A stretch of DNA of 64,000 bases from Mobula hypostoma (Eukaryota), in NCBI RefSeq assembly GCF_963921235.1, contig NC_086097.1, positions 165,542,001 to 165,606,000 on the forward strand. Reading direction: 5' to 3'. This document shows, one piece after another, positions 51,920-63,645 of this stretch; the first letter of the stretch is position 1, and each line of letters begins with the position of its first letter. Made by a program: the position numbers and the translations under genes. The notes below the pieces were generated by a model. It was not told where the DNA came from. It saw only the letters and a list, made by a program, of their open reading frames with translations, and searched no databases.

Positions 51920-52935
51920 GTCTCAAGCTCTCCTCTACAATCACTCTGAGCACCGGTGCCCCACAGGGCTGTGTACTTAGCCCCCTGCTGTACTCACTGT
52001 ACACCCATGATTGTGTAGCCAAGTTTCCATCAAGCTCAATATATAAGTTTGCTGATGACACAACAATTGTAGGCCGTATCTCTGGTAATGATGAGTTTGA
52101 GTAAACAGAGGAAGTTAAGAACCTGGTGGCATGGTGCAAAGACAATAACCTATCCCTCAACATCAGCAAGACGAAGGAATTGGTTGTTGACTTCAGAAGG
52201 AGTAGCGGACCTCATGACCCAATTTACATCGGTGGTGCGCAAGTGGAACAGGTCAAAAGCTTTAAGTTCCTTGGGGTCAATATCACAAATGACCTGACTT
52301 GGTCCATCCAAGCAGAGTCCACTGCCAAGAAGGCCCACCAGCGCCTTTACTTCCTGAGAAAGCTAAAGAAATTTGGCCTGTACTCTAAAAGCCTCACTAA
52401 TTTTTATAGATGCACTGTAGAAAGCATTCTTCTAGGGTGCATCACAACCTGGTATGGAAGTTATCCTGTCCAAGACCGGAAGAAGCTACAGAAGATTGTG
52501 AACACAGCCCAGCACATCACACAAACCAATCTTCTGTCCTTGGACTCACTTTACACCGCACGCTGTCGGAGCAGTGCTGCCAGGATAATCAAGGACACGA
52601 CCCACCCAGCCAACACACTTTTCGTCCCTCTTCCCTCCGGGAGAAGGCTCAGGAGCTTGAAGACTCGTATGGCCAGATTTGGGAACAGCTTCCTTCCAAC
52701 TGTGATAAGACTGCTGAACGGATCCTGTCCCAGATCTGGGCCGTACCTGCCTCTCGGTTTTTTTGCACCACCTTACTTTCCCTTTTCTATTTATGATTTA
52801 TAATTTAAATTTTTAATATTTACTATCGATTTGTACTCCAGGGAGCGTGAAATGCAGAATCAAGTATCGCTGTGATGACTGTACGCTCTAGTATCAATTG
52901 TTTGGCAACAATAAAGTATAAAAAGTATAAAGTAT
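51920..52935 (+). mobile_element. Rex1/Babar-clade LINE 3' part
   Basis: GAPQGCVLSPLLY and KFADDT (manual), LNISKTKELVVDFRR, AHQRLYFLRKL, PLPSGRR; tail (taaagta)n at about 52912-52935. Confidence 0.88.
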
Positions 52936-53290
52936 AACTGGAATTGGATTTTCCACATTCAATCTTAAATTTGTTGTTAACAATGTACATTCAATAAGTA
53001 CTATTAATTTAAGTGCTTCCTTAAGCTTGTTATAGCTGGGGGTGGCAGTCGAGACAAGTTCCCCCTACTTATTAAGTGCTCCCAATGACATGCATCTCAA
53101 ATGGCCTCTGACAACCAACTCCAGCTCCTGACCTTCGCATGTTGCTTAGCTACTAAACTGACCGGAACTGTTTCTACTGACAGGAGAAGGGGCAAAGGTG
53201 GGTTAACAGCGCCTTATCACAGACCGCTTTGGGCAGATAGGGTTCGTCAGCTGTGGTTGGCAGCTCAACAGAGGAAAACATTCATCTCAA

Positions 53291-56200
53291 ATGTGAAGGT
53301 AAACCCGATGGGTTTCTACAAGTACATTAAGAGTTAAAGGATAGTAAGGGACAAAACTGGTCTCCTAGAAGACCAAACTGGTCATCTATGTGTGGAGCCT
53401 CATGAGATGGGGGAGATCTTAAACAGTTTTTTTGCATCAGTATTTACTCAGGAAACTGGCAGAGTGTATATGGAAGGAAGGGAAACAAGCAGTAGTGTCA
53501 TGGAACATATAGAGTTTAAAGAGGAGGAGGTGCTTGCTGCCTTACAGCGAATAAAGGTAGATAAATCCTCCGAGCCTGACATGATATTTCCTCAGACCTT
53601 GAGAGAGACTAGTGTAGAAATTGCAGGGGTCTTGGCAGAAATATTTAAAATGTCCTTAGCCACAGGTGTGGCGCCGGAGGATTGGAGGGTAGCTCATGTT
53701 GTTCCGCTGTTTAAAAAGGGCTCCAAAAGTAAACCAGGTAATTACAGGTCGGTGAGCCTGACATCAGTAGTAGGTAAATTATTGGAAGGTGTTCTGAGAG
53801 ATCGGATATACAAGTATTTGGACGGCCAAGGGCTAATTAAGGATAGTCAGCATGGCTTTGTGCGTGGTAGATCGTGTTTAACGAATCTTCTAGAGTTTTT
53901 TTGAGGAGGTTACCAAGAAAGTAGATGAAGGAAAGGCTGTGGATGTTGTCTACATGGACTTCAGTAAGGCCTTTGGCAAGGTCCCACGTGGGATGTTAGT
54001 TCAGAAGATTCAGACACTAGGTATCCATGGAGAGATTGTAAACTGGATTTGAAATTGGCTGTGTGGGAGAAGACAGAGTGGTAGTGGATGATTGCTTCTC
54101 AGATTGGAGGCCTGTGACTAGTGGTGTGCCTCAGGGATCTGTGCTGGGACCATTGTTGTTTGTTGTCTATAATCAATGATCTAGATGATAATGTGGTAAA
54201 TTGGATCAGCAAATTTGCTGATGACACTAAGATTGGAGGCGTTGTGGACAGCGAGAAAGGCTTTCAAGGCTTGCAGAGGGAACCAGACACACTGGAAAAA
54301 TAGGCCAGAAAATGGCAGATAGAATTTAATGCAGACAAGTGTGAGATGTTGCGTTTTGGAAGGACAAATCAAGGTAGGACATACACAGTAAACGGTAGGG
54401 CACTGAGAAGTGCGGAGGAACAAAGGGATCTGGGAGTTCAGATACATCATCATCATCATAGTTTGTCACACCAGACAGCCAGCCACTCTAGTGTTGTTTG
54501 GTTGACGTTGAACAGGTCAGTGTCAGCTAAATCAGGTGAGAGTGGGCAGTTACGCAGAACATGTTAAATGTTCTGCACCCTTTCGCCACACTCACAGGAT
54601 TCGCTGGTCTTTAAACCCCACTTTACCATATTGTCTCCCGTCCTACAAACTCCCGCTCTCACTTTGTTGAAAGTGCACCACTTCCGTCTGTCAAGCAGTG
54701 CCCTGTCTGGTAACATTTCTGTGGGGTCTTGCACTGTATTGTCTGGTGGGGTTCTGGCTTCTGTTTGTTGCCAGAGGTCAATCCTGTATGTTTGGGGGGA
54801 TGTTCTGTGCAGTAGTTCCTCCACTGTAGCAAAGCTTTTCCTCGATTTTACGTGGTTGGAAACTGGTACATGATGATGTAGTGGGTGCTGTGGAATGTGT
54901 CCTCGGATCTCTGGGGAAGCAATGCCTGCAAGTCTGTAAATGACATTAGTGGGTGTGGGGCGCAGTGTGCCCGTGATTATTCGGCAGGCTTCATTAAGCA
55001 ACGGGTCTATTTTCTTTGCATGGACAGATCTGCCCCACACAGGTGCATAGCAGAGTGCTAGGGCAGTTGATCTAAGTGTGTGAGCATTAGCTCCCCATTT
55101 CGTGCCTGCTAATTTTTTCAAGAGAGAATTGCGAGAGCCAACTTTCCCTCAGAGTTTTTGGATGTGGGTGGCAAATGAGAGCGTCCTATCCAGTGTCACA
55201 CCCAGGTAAATTGGAGTTGGATGGTGTGGGGTCCTTCCCAAACCAGAAGATCTTGAGTTTCCGAGCTGCTCCTCAGGTGGAATGCACACACTTGAATTTT
55301 TGATGGATCTGGGTTCAGAGACCATTTTTCATAATACTGCTTCATTGCTTTGAGGACTGCTGTAAATTGTACTTCAACTTCTTGGAAGGAGTTAGCTTGT
55401 GTTGCTATGCATAGATCATCTGCATAGATAAACCTGCGTGTGTTTGGAAAGGTTGGTTGGTTGTTTGTGTAGACATTAAATAGTAGAGGTGTCAGGGCTG
55501 ATCCCTGTGGTAGTCCAGTCTTTTGAGGACGCCACCTACTCTTAATTTCATTCATTTCTACATAAAATCTACGATTTTCCAGGAGGCTTCTTATTACTTT
55601 GACTGTTGTTTCATTCCTTAACATTTCAGATAATTTCCGTAGAAGGCCTCCGTGATTCACAGCATCGTATGCTGCTGTTAAGTCAACAATTACTGCCCCT
55701 GTAATTTGTCGCATTTCAAAGCCATCCTCAATATACTGGGTTAAGTTCAGGACTTGACCACAGCAAGAAGGGGCTTGGCCTGCACCCGGCTTGGTCTGGT
55801 GTTGGAAGATCTTCGACTAAGGGGGATATTCTTTTCGGTATGAGTCTCTTGTAGAGTTTATAGAGGGTGAAGAGCAAGGAAATCGGTCTGTAGTTTTTAG
55901 GAATGTTGGGGTCTTTTTTGGGTCTTCGGAGAGCAACAACTTCGGTTCTTCTCTACTTTTTAGGTATCTTTAACTGTTACCTAAGATCATTAAAAAGGGA
56001 CAGAAGCCAGTGGAGTGCTTTAGGTCCAAGATATTTAAGGAATTCATTAAGAATCCCATCTATGCCAGCAGCTTTGTTGGACTTTAGCTGTGATACTTCA
56101 TCCTTTAATTCTTCTAGGGTGAGAGGTGGGAAGTTGTTATTCCCGTTCGAGATAGCTGACTATCCCCTGATGTTGCTTTTTCTTTTTCCTCCATTCCCTG

Positions 56201-56903
56201 TTATTTGGTCAACCATTTAATATCAGTTGGTGGGCAGCCTGATTGGATGTTACGGCAGCAATTCTCTGATACATAATTCCCTGAAAGTGGCGTCACAGGT
56301 AGACAGGGTATCCTGGCATTCATAAATCAAAGTACTGAGTATAGGAGTTGGGATGTTATGGGAAGGTTGTACAAGACATTGGTGAGGTCAAGTTTGGAGT
56401 ATTATGTGCAGTTCCGGTCACCTAACAATAGGAAGGATATCAGTAAGATTAAAACAAGAGTGCAGAGAAGATTTACTAGGATGTTGCCAGGTCTTCAGGA
56501 GTTGAGTTACAGGGAAAGATTGACCAGGTTAAGACTTTATTCCTTGGAGCATAGAAGAATGAGGGAAGATTTGATAGAAGTTTACAAAACTATGAGGGGT
56601 ATAGACAGAGTAAATGCGAATAGGCTCTTTCCACTTAGATTAGGAGAGATAAATACGAGAGGACATGGCTTTAGGGTGAAAGGGGAAAGGTTTAGGGGGA
56701 ACTTCTTCACCCAGAGAGTGGTGGGAGTGTGGAACGGGCTGCCATCTGATGTGGTAAATGCTGGCTCACTCAAGTTTTTGGATAGATACATGGATGGGAG
56801 CGGTCTGGAGGGTTATGAACTGGGTGCAGAACAATGGGACTAGCGGAATAAAGTTTTGGCACAGACTAGAAGGGTCAAATGGCCTGTTTCAGTGCTGTAG
56901 TGT
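53291..56903 (+). mobile_element. CR1 LINE ORF2 (same subfamily as 6625-9872), split by a Vingi-type element
   Basis: GSKSKPGNYRSVSLTSVVGKLLEGVLRDRIY, KFADDTKIG and SAEEQRDLGVQIH, resuming at 56275 with aattccctgaaagtggcgtcacagg. Confidence 0.92.
54448..56267 (-). mobile_element. Vingi/Ingi-clade non-LTR retrotransposon, 5'-truncated
   Basis: VDLTAAYDAV, GLPQGSALTPLLFNVY, FIYADDL, KLAGTKWGA, LRSTALALCY, C-terminal CECG..H....C. The ORF ends directly in a (TGA)n tail. 7-bp TSD gatacat (54441-54447 / 56268-56274). Confidence 0.8.
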
Positions 56904-57449
56904 TCTCAATATCTGCTGCCTTGTGGCTATACCCCCTCATAAGGAAATAAGCTCTGAGGAAAAATCCAAAGCTGGAGTCCGTAAGGCAGTCCTACAGTGA
57001 TTTCAAAACTGACTGACAACTCCTGCAACGTGCTAAAACTCTATCAGCCTCTGCCAATTATTTGGATTCATCCGCCGGGTGGAAAGGGACAGCTTGCTCT
57101 CCATATAATACTGCCGTGGTTTGTGTATCACGTAGACAGTTGGGATGCAACATCCACGGTCGACCCCCAACCATTTGTTCACTTTAACGAGTATTACAAC
57201 AAGGAACTTTGATCAATTTAACTGAGAAATTTTGTTTGTGAATCACGTGTTCCGTTTTCCACAGTACAGCCCAAAAAAACAGGAAAAATTGTCAAGCATG
57301 AAAACTAAAAAACTGAAAAGTTGAAATCTTAGCCCCTCAAAAGTATTCATCTCCATTTGCTCAGACCTCAAGATTGCTGTCCATTACAGCTGCTCAACTA
57401 ACCTGGCACAGCTTGAACAGTTTTGCAAGGAGGAATGAGCAAATCTTGT

Positions 57450-58045
57450 TCAATCATGTAATTGGGCTCATCAGGGAGGGAAGCAGAGCTGGCAGGGGGC
57501 ACAGTACTAGGTGGTTTGAAGTCTGTAATGACCTGTATGCCATGCCACATGCACCGGGGGTCCGAGGAGTTGAAATGCTCCTCGATTCTCTGTGTTTAGC
57601 CTGAGAGATTCCCCTCCTCAGGTTGGCCCTGGCTGAGCTGTAAGCCTCCCGGTCTCCAGACCTGAAAGCTGAATCTCTGGCTTTGAGCAGGACGCGAACT
57701 TCTCTGTTCATCCATGGTTTCTGATTGGGGAAAACTTTTATTTGTTTTTGTGATGTCACTCTATCTACACACTTGTTGGTGTGCTCAGGGACAGAGTTGG
57801 TATATAAATCAAGTTAATCTGAGAGTCTGTGGTGGCATGGGCAGCAAACTTGCTCCAGTCTGTGTGCTGGAACTGGTGCTGAGGAGCAGAGTCAGCACCC
57901 TCCAGCTGGATCTTAATAGTCTTCATTGTGGCTTTCAAAAGTTTAATGACCGGGCTATACTTGGGAAGCAGAAAACAATGAAAGATGGTGGGACTGTCCC
58001 TGGTGGGGGAGGGTAGTGGCTTTGTAAGCGTCAGCCACATTATAC
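57450..58045 (-). mobile_element. Rex1/Babar LINE internal fragment
   Basis: KVFPNQKPWMNREVRVLLKARDSAFRSGDREAYSSARANLRRGI. Confidence 0.8.
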
Positions 58046-59900
58046 AAATAAGTTGAAACAAACATTTTGTGATAGTCCTTTCTCAACTTAGTGAAATGCC
58101 TTGGAGTACGGTTCATAAAACTGAAAGGCATATTTTAATTGGCAAGTTCTCTTCTGAAAGAAGAAAACCACCGCGACAATATTTTTTCCTTCACATTTAC
58201 CTTCAGGAATATGGGCAGGCATAGCAGGCAAGGAAAGCATTTACTGAGCTTGTCTAATTATCTCTGTACACTATCATACAGAGTGATATCCCATTAACTT
58301 TTACATTTGGATTGCTATCTTCTGATTTATGCCCAAGAGAAGGAAGCATTTGGCAATGTTACTCAATCCTAAAATAATTTGTATAGGATCCCCATAACCA
58401 GTTCTGAACAAATGACCAAGTTCTGCAACTTTCTTAACACGTTCCACAATATTATTACTGGAAAACTAAAAAAAAGCAATGGATGCCCAGATGAGGATAG
58501 CTTGCACAGTGGACACAGTGATAATTCCAACAGCTGTTAAAGACACACCCTTCATTTAGGTTGAAGTCAAAAGTCTGGGATATGCTGAAGGTAGCTCAGT
58601 GAGTTGTTGCAGTACATTCTGTAAATCATTCAGTACACACTGCAATCATAAAAGTGGTGGTGCATATTTAGATTAATCAATGAGGTGCAAATCAAGCAGG
58701 TTGCTCAACTCTGGATGCTGTCCATTTGTGTGCTGTAGCTACACACAGGCAAATGGCAAACATTCCAGTATATATTTAGCTCCTGCCATGTAAATTATAA
58801 TAACTATGGCTTTTATCACATTGCTGTTCGAGCGGTGGTTGGCAAAACTAATTTGTCCTGTGTTATATGGATACCAAATACTTGGATGGTTTTCCACATT
58901 TTCAGGTAGGCAGCAATTTTATAATTGTATAGGAAGACAAGGTGCTCATTCACATAATACTGAAAGCTAAAAGTCATTTCTAAGTCCTTGCACACTCCTT
59001 GTATTCTTGTTGACCTCTGCACATGGTTCAATACACAAATTTAAATTGCGTGATTTGAAGATACCTTTCCTAATCGCAACATATGAAATTAAGCATAGCA
59101 CATATTGTTTATCATAATTTCTCAGTTTTCTCATGCTCATAACCACTTTGACCAACATTTCAGTAGGCTTGGATGTGCTACTTGCACAAACTTTGGGATT
59201 CATGCCCTCTTCACTGGATTCTTTGTTGAGAAGGGAAAGCTACTCTTAATTCACCCGATAAAATCCTTTCAGCACCCAGATCCTACAACCTTCTAATCTT
59301 AAAGGAACCAAAGTTTACTCAGTTCAACTCAATCCCATCCTTTCAAAGTTTCATCTTAAACATTTGGTCAAAACACCTATTTCAAATGCTGCCTTCTTTG
59401 CACAATGCAATATTCCATTTTCAGATGTAAAGTCGTGCAACATTCTATTAAGCTTTTCACCACTCAGCATCTGTTTTGATTTTCATGACTATCTTTTACA
59501 ATCATTATTAGTTTATCTGCACTGGCACTTCTAGTCAAATTAAACTACCAATACTCATTTAGTGTATACTATCATATACATTGATGTTGTTCGTTAGATA
59601 TGAAGAACCATGCAGTTCAAATCATCCTTCATCTGCTTCTGAAGTCTCCATTCCTAGACAATAATGAAATAAATAAGATAGAGGAATTGTTGCACAATTT
59701 TAAGGTGCGCTTGAAGGGCAAGTTGCGAAAACCGATTCCCAGTTTACCTTTCAGATGGGCACAAAACATCCATAGCATTAGGCAAAATGCATGGCCAACT
59801 GTGAAAAAACAGTGGTACAACGAGCCAAGGCATTAAAGCTTGTCCTGGATCCTGCCCACGACCTTAGGTATAACAAACAAAAATAATAAGTAAACTGTAC

Positions 59901-60460
59901 CTTTTACATCTGGGTCATCTATGTGTGGTTCCAAGTTTTCCAGCATTTCTTCCAGTTCTTTCCTGGTAGCTGTGCTAAAGCTTGAACAGTTCAATGGTGC
60001 TTCAGCTTGTATTGGATCTTTGCTTTCTTGCTTATCTGGACATTTCAGTGGCTCCAGTTCCAGATCAAGGTCTATTGTAGGTATAGGAGTCCTCCAGTAA
60101 TGGAATGAGTTGTACATTTCCTCTAGAATGCCAGTCTTTTCCCTACTGGACCAAGACTCTTGTGTAGATTGTGCTGAATTTGTGCAGCATGAGTTTGGCA
60201 GACAACTTCCACTGAAAATGATGTTTGTGTCAGTTGGTTGATGTTTAGTGCATATACTTGAATCGGGTGACTGCAGTGATACCATCTGGGCTTGACTCAG
60301 GTCACTTCTACACTCTTTGTTGCTGTTTTGCTCACTCTTCAGCGAGAGTTCAGCATCATTCATTGATTCTACAATGCCGTAGCCTGTAGTTTGTTGTTCC
60401 GTTTCAACAAGTTCCGTGACTTCACCTGTAACTTTTTCTGGTTCCGTAGCACATTTTGAA
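59901..60460 (-). CDS. PPP4R1: PPP4R1 large central exon (acidic/Ser-rich linker)
   Basis: Contains MYNSFHYWRTPIPTIDLDLE and ATRKELEEMLENLEPHIDDPDVK, both conserved in PPP4R1. Donor G|gtacag at 59901/59900; acceptor tttgttcatag at 60461-60462 (acceptor choice less certain). Confidence 0.9.
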
Positions 60461-60894
60461 CTATGAACAAACAAACACAGTTCACAAGTAGCAGCAAATA
60501 AATCAAATATGCACACTGTTTCAGTGCTTAAACCCTTCCTGAGAAAGCAATGTAGCACATCCACAAAATCTTAACCTCTCTGGTTATAGCTAGTTGAGAA
60601 GCATTAATAATAAAAATGTTATTCTCTACACAAAGGCCTTATAGACTTCAAAAATCACTTAAATGCTGACAGTCAGCACTATATCATAATTTGATACAGA
60701 AGTATTCTCAGTTTCAGAACTTGAATTGGTCATTAAAGATATGCTCACTAAGTTTCCTTTAGAATGAGTATTATAGATATGACACATTTGTGACTGACAT
60801 GCATTTTCTTATGGTTTATCTTCCTCCAATTTCAAGTAATCTATGATTTTACATTTGAGGTTCAATTTATTAAAACAATGACACATTTCATGCA

Positions 60895-61023
60895 AACAAC
60901 AAACAACAGGAATTCTGCAGATGCTGGAAATTCAAGCAACACACATCAAAGTTGCTGGTGAACGCAGCAGGCCAGGCAGCATCTCTAGGAGGAGGTACAG
61001 TCGACACTTCGATGTGTGTTGCT
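60895..61023 (-). mobile_element. Penelope-like insertion truncated at the hammerhead, with a short inverted segment
   Basis: Perfect 14-bp TSD acacatttcatgca (60881-60894 / 61024-61037); near-identical to the 15424 copy up to cagtcgac (61005). Confidence 0.82.
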
Positions 61024-61844
61024 ACACATTTCATGCATTAGCTTTGCTTCTTGCTGCGAAGCCTACTCTGCTTAGACAATCAACTAAATAGGGTTTTGCA
61101 TTGTAATACTCAATGGTTCATATAATAGATATAATTCAAATGTTCAATAGTTTGAAAGCTGCACTGCTTCAGTTTGAGAAAGGTAGGTAATTTGACCTAT
61201 GTGCTCACATAACATTGCATATTTCTTTACTGGTAACAAAAAGGTTTGTGATCAATGAGTGCAATGTACTTTCTCACACTTGATTTTATTAGGATAAAGC
61301 CTGTGTCTAGTAATGAGGTAATCATTAAGAGCATGCTCCTTTTGTTTTAAGTTCAATTTTCAGCTTAATAAACACCACAAACTTTTTCCGGTGCTTTTCT
61401 GGTACAGACAACCTTACACAATATAGCCACCTCCTGACTTAACTATTTCAATGATTATCAATCTGCCTTTTCATCCTTCACTTTATGTTACCTAGCCCAA
61501 AACCTTCCTGGTATCTCTAACACTCATCTATTAGCCGTAACCAATTCCCAGTTTCTCAATGCCTCAAACTTAAACTTATTTAAAATCTTTTATCACACTA
61601 ACATTCTCTTCCAAATAATTTTGCACAGCTGAATTCCTTTTCTCTCCCCACAACTGACAACCATTCAGTTCAGCTGCTATGGAATTTCTTCCCTAAATTT
61701 TTCTACCCCCCTCTTCCCTTTAAGATAATCATTAAAAAAAAACACATTTTGATCAAGTTTTTAAAATCAACTCTTCCAAACTAATCATCGATAAATTTTA
61801 TTAGGTCAACAAAATGCATTGTTTGCAATTAGAAATCCCAAATA

Positions 61845-63493
61845 CAGTGGATTATGGTTAATTGGGACACATAGGGCCAAAATATACTGGATCCAATTAA
61901 ACAGCTGCCCTAATTAGCAGAAGTTCCATGGAAATAGTTATAAAAATAGGTATTAAAAAAAGATAAACTACTGTTTAACTGAGTAACAAATTATGTATTT
62001 AAATGATATATAGAACAAATTAGAACTACCAGTCCTATTGGAGTATTATAAAACTATGTATGAGTTCCTATAGTTATTGACAGGAATTCATCCAGTGTAC
62101 GCTACCATGTATGGGGTGTCCTGGGAGGGGATGGCACCTCTGCTGAAGGGGCTTATCATGTCCATTCACCTTTGGTCCCCGCTGGACACCAAGCTCTCAC
62201 TTATAAAATTAAACTCCAAGTAGCTGTTTGCAAGCAAGTGGCCAACCTCTGGTACACTGCTCCAACAGACAGCTAAACCAAGCATGGGTAGCCAGCAGGC
62301 CTCATACCCCAGTGAAAAAGGGACATGACTGTCCTAGTATCTAAAGTCAGCTCCGGTGGATCAAACAGCCAAGACGGTGTTCTGCAATGCTTTGTGCAGA
62401 GGGAAGGGCAAGATAAGGCACAGACGTAATCACGGATATCCACTGCAACCAAGACCCCAGTTTGTGACGTCTACTTGTACCATCAGACCTGGACTTCCGA
62501 GGTTGAGAGTGGAACTGTCCCAATGCAATGGCTTTTCCACTTAAAAAAAAACTCACCTGCACAGGGTTTCACTGACATCACTAGATACAATGGACAACCT
62601 ATACAGTGCCCTGTTCCTTTGATTGACGTAAATCAAAAGAACATGGTAGATAGGACAGCATTCAGCTCACTCTCCTGTGACCTTTTGTCATCTGTGCTGA
62701 ACTGTGGCCTACGATTAATCTGTTTGTGAATCGGCTGCAGTGATGACCGGCTTCTTGACTATGGACACACTTTCATGAATTTCAGTTCTAAATGTTATTA
62801 GTTTACTTTTATTGTTTGCATATTTTTCCTACACATTGGGTGTCTGATGGTTTCTTTTTAAATGTGTTCTTTTTTTTTATATTTATGGCTGCCTGCAAGG
62901 AGACAAGTCTTAAGGTTGTATATAGTATTCATACTTCGAACTCTTGAACTTTGAAATGAAAGTTGGTGCAGACATCCAAGTCAGATAATGGACTGCCTTC
63001 ATACAATGCTTTCAACAACTGCATCCTTCAAATCTTCATTTTCATTGTAGCATTCAAGATGATTGTCAATACCTTTAAATTCTTCATAATTGCTAACTTG
63101 TTAAACTAGTGAGATCATTTCAGTTTCACTCCCAGCATTTTCTGGCATCTCCATTCCTGAAGGCTTGAAACCACAGTGAACAGTTCTGAATTGTCTTACT
63201 GCTTATTTCTTGCCAACTACCAGTGACAAAAGTCACTGTTTTTTGAAATACAGAAAACTGCTGCTTTGAAAAAACTGTTCTAAGCATAGTGTTGTGTCTA
63301 GCAGTCACACAAGTTCATGCGACTGACGCTAGTTAGAAACAGTTCAGCAAGTCTCCTGTCCAAATTAAGTGTCATAATGTCCAAAATAAATAAGAGAATT
63401 CCTTATATTTTCAATTAGACTTTGTTCTTTAAGAGTTGTCCCAAATGAGCAGAAGCCTGATTCACTGATGGACCCTTTCACCGTAATCCACTG
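61845..63493 (-). mobile_element. Tigger/pogo-like DNA transposon remnant with nested insertions
   Basis: TA at both flanks, TIRs cagtggattatggt / accgtaatccactg, transposase remnant SWQEISSKTIQNC. A GC-richer insert lies at about 62110-62590. Confidence 0.7.
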
Positions 63494-63645
63494 TACATGC
63501 AAACTAATCTTTAGAATGGTTTGAATTCTGCAGAAGCTGCCAGTCTGTAGGACTCTCTGATAAGGCTTAGCAGGAAGATCCTACCGTGTTGCTTACAGGT
63601 ATAAAGTGGTTTTTCCCCACCAGTGCCAATTTTGATTATTCACCT

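Larger units (their letters stand above)
53036..57172 (+). mobile_element. Non-coding retroposon (53036-53290 plus 56904-57172) split by a CR1 insertion
   Basis: The left part is repeated at 10435. tctcaa is duplicated at 53285-53290 and 56904-56909 around the CR1. Confidence 0.55.

Noticed and set aside
62110..62200. HDV-like ribozyme (ggtgtcc/ggacacc pairing)
   Set aside because: Only one helix found; P1.1, P3 and the J4/2 catalytic C could not be placed by eye.
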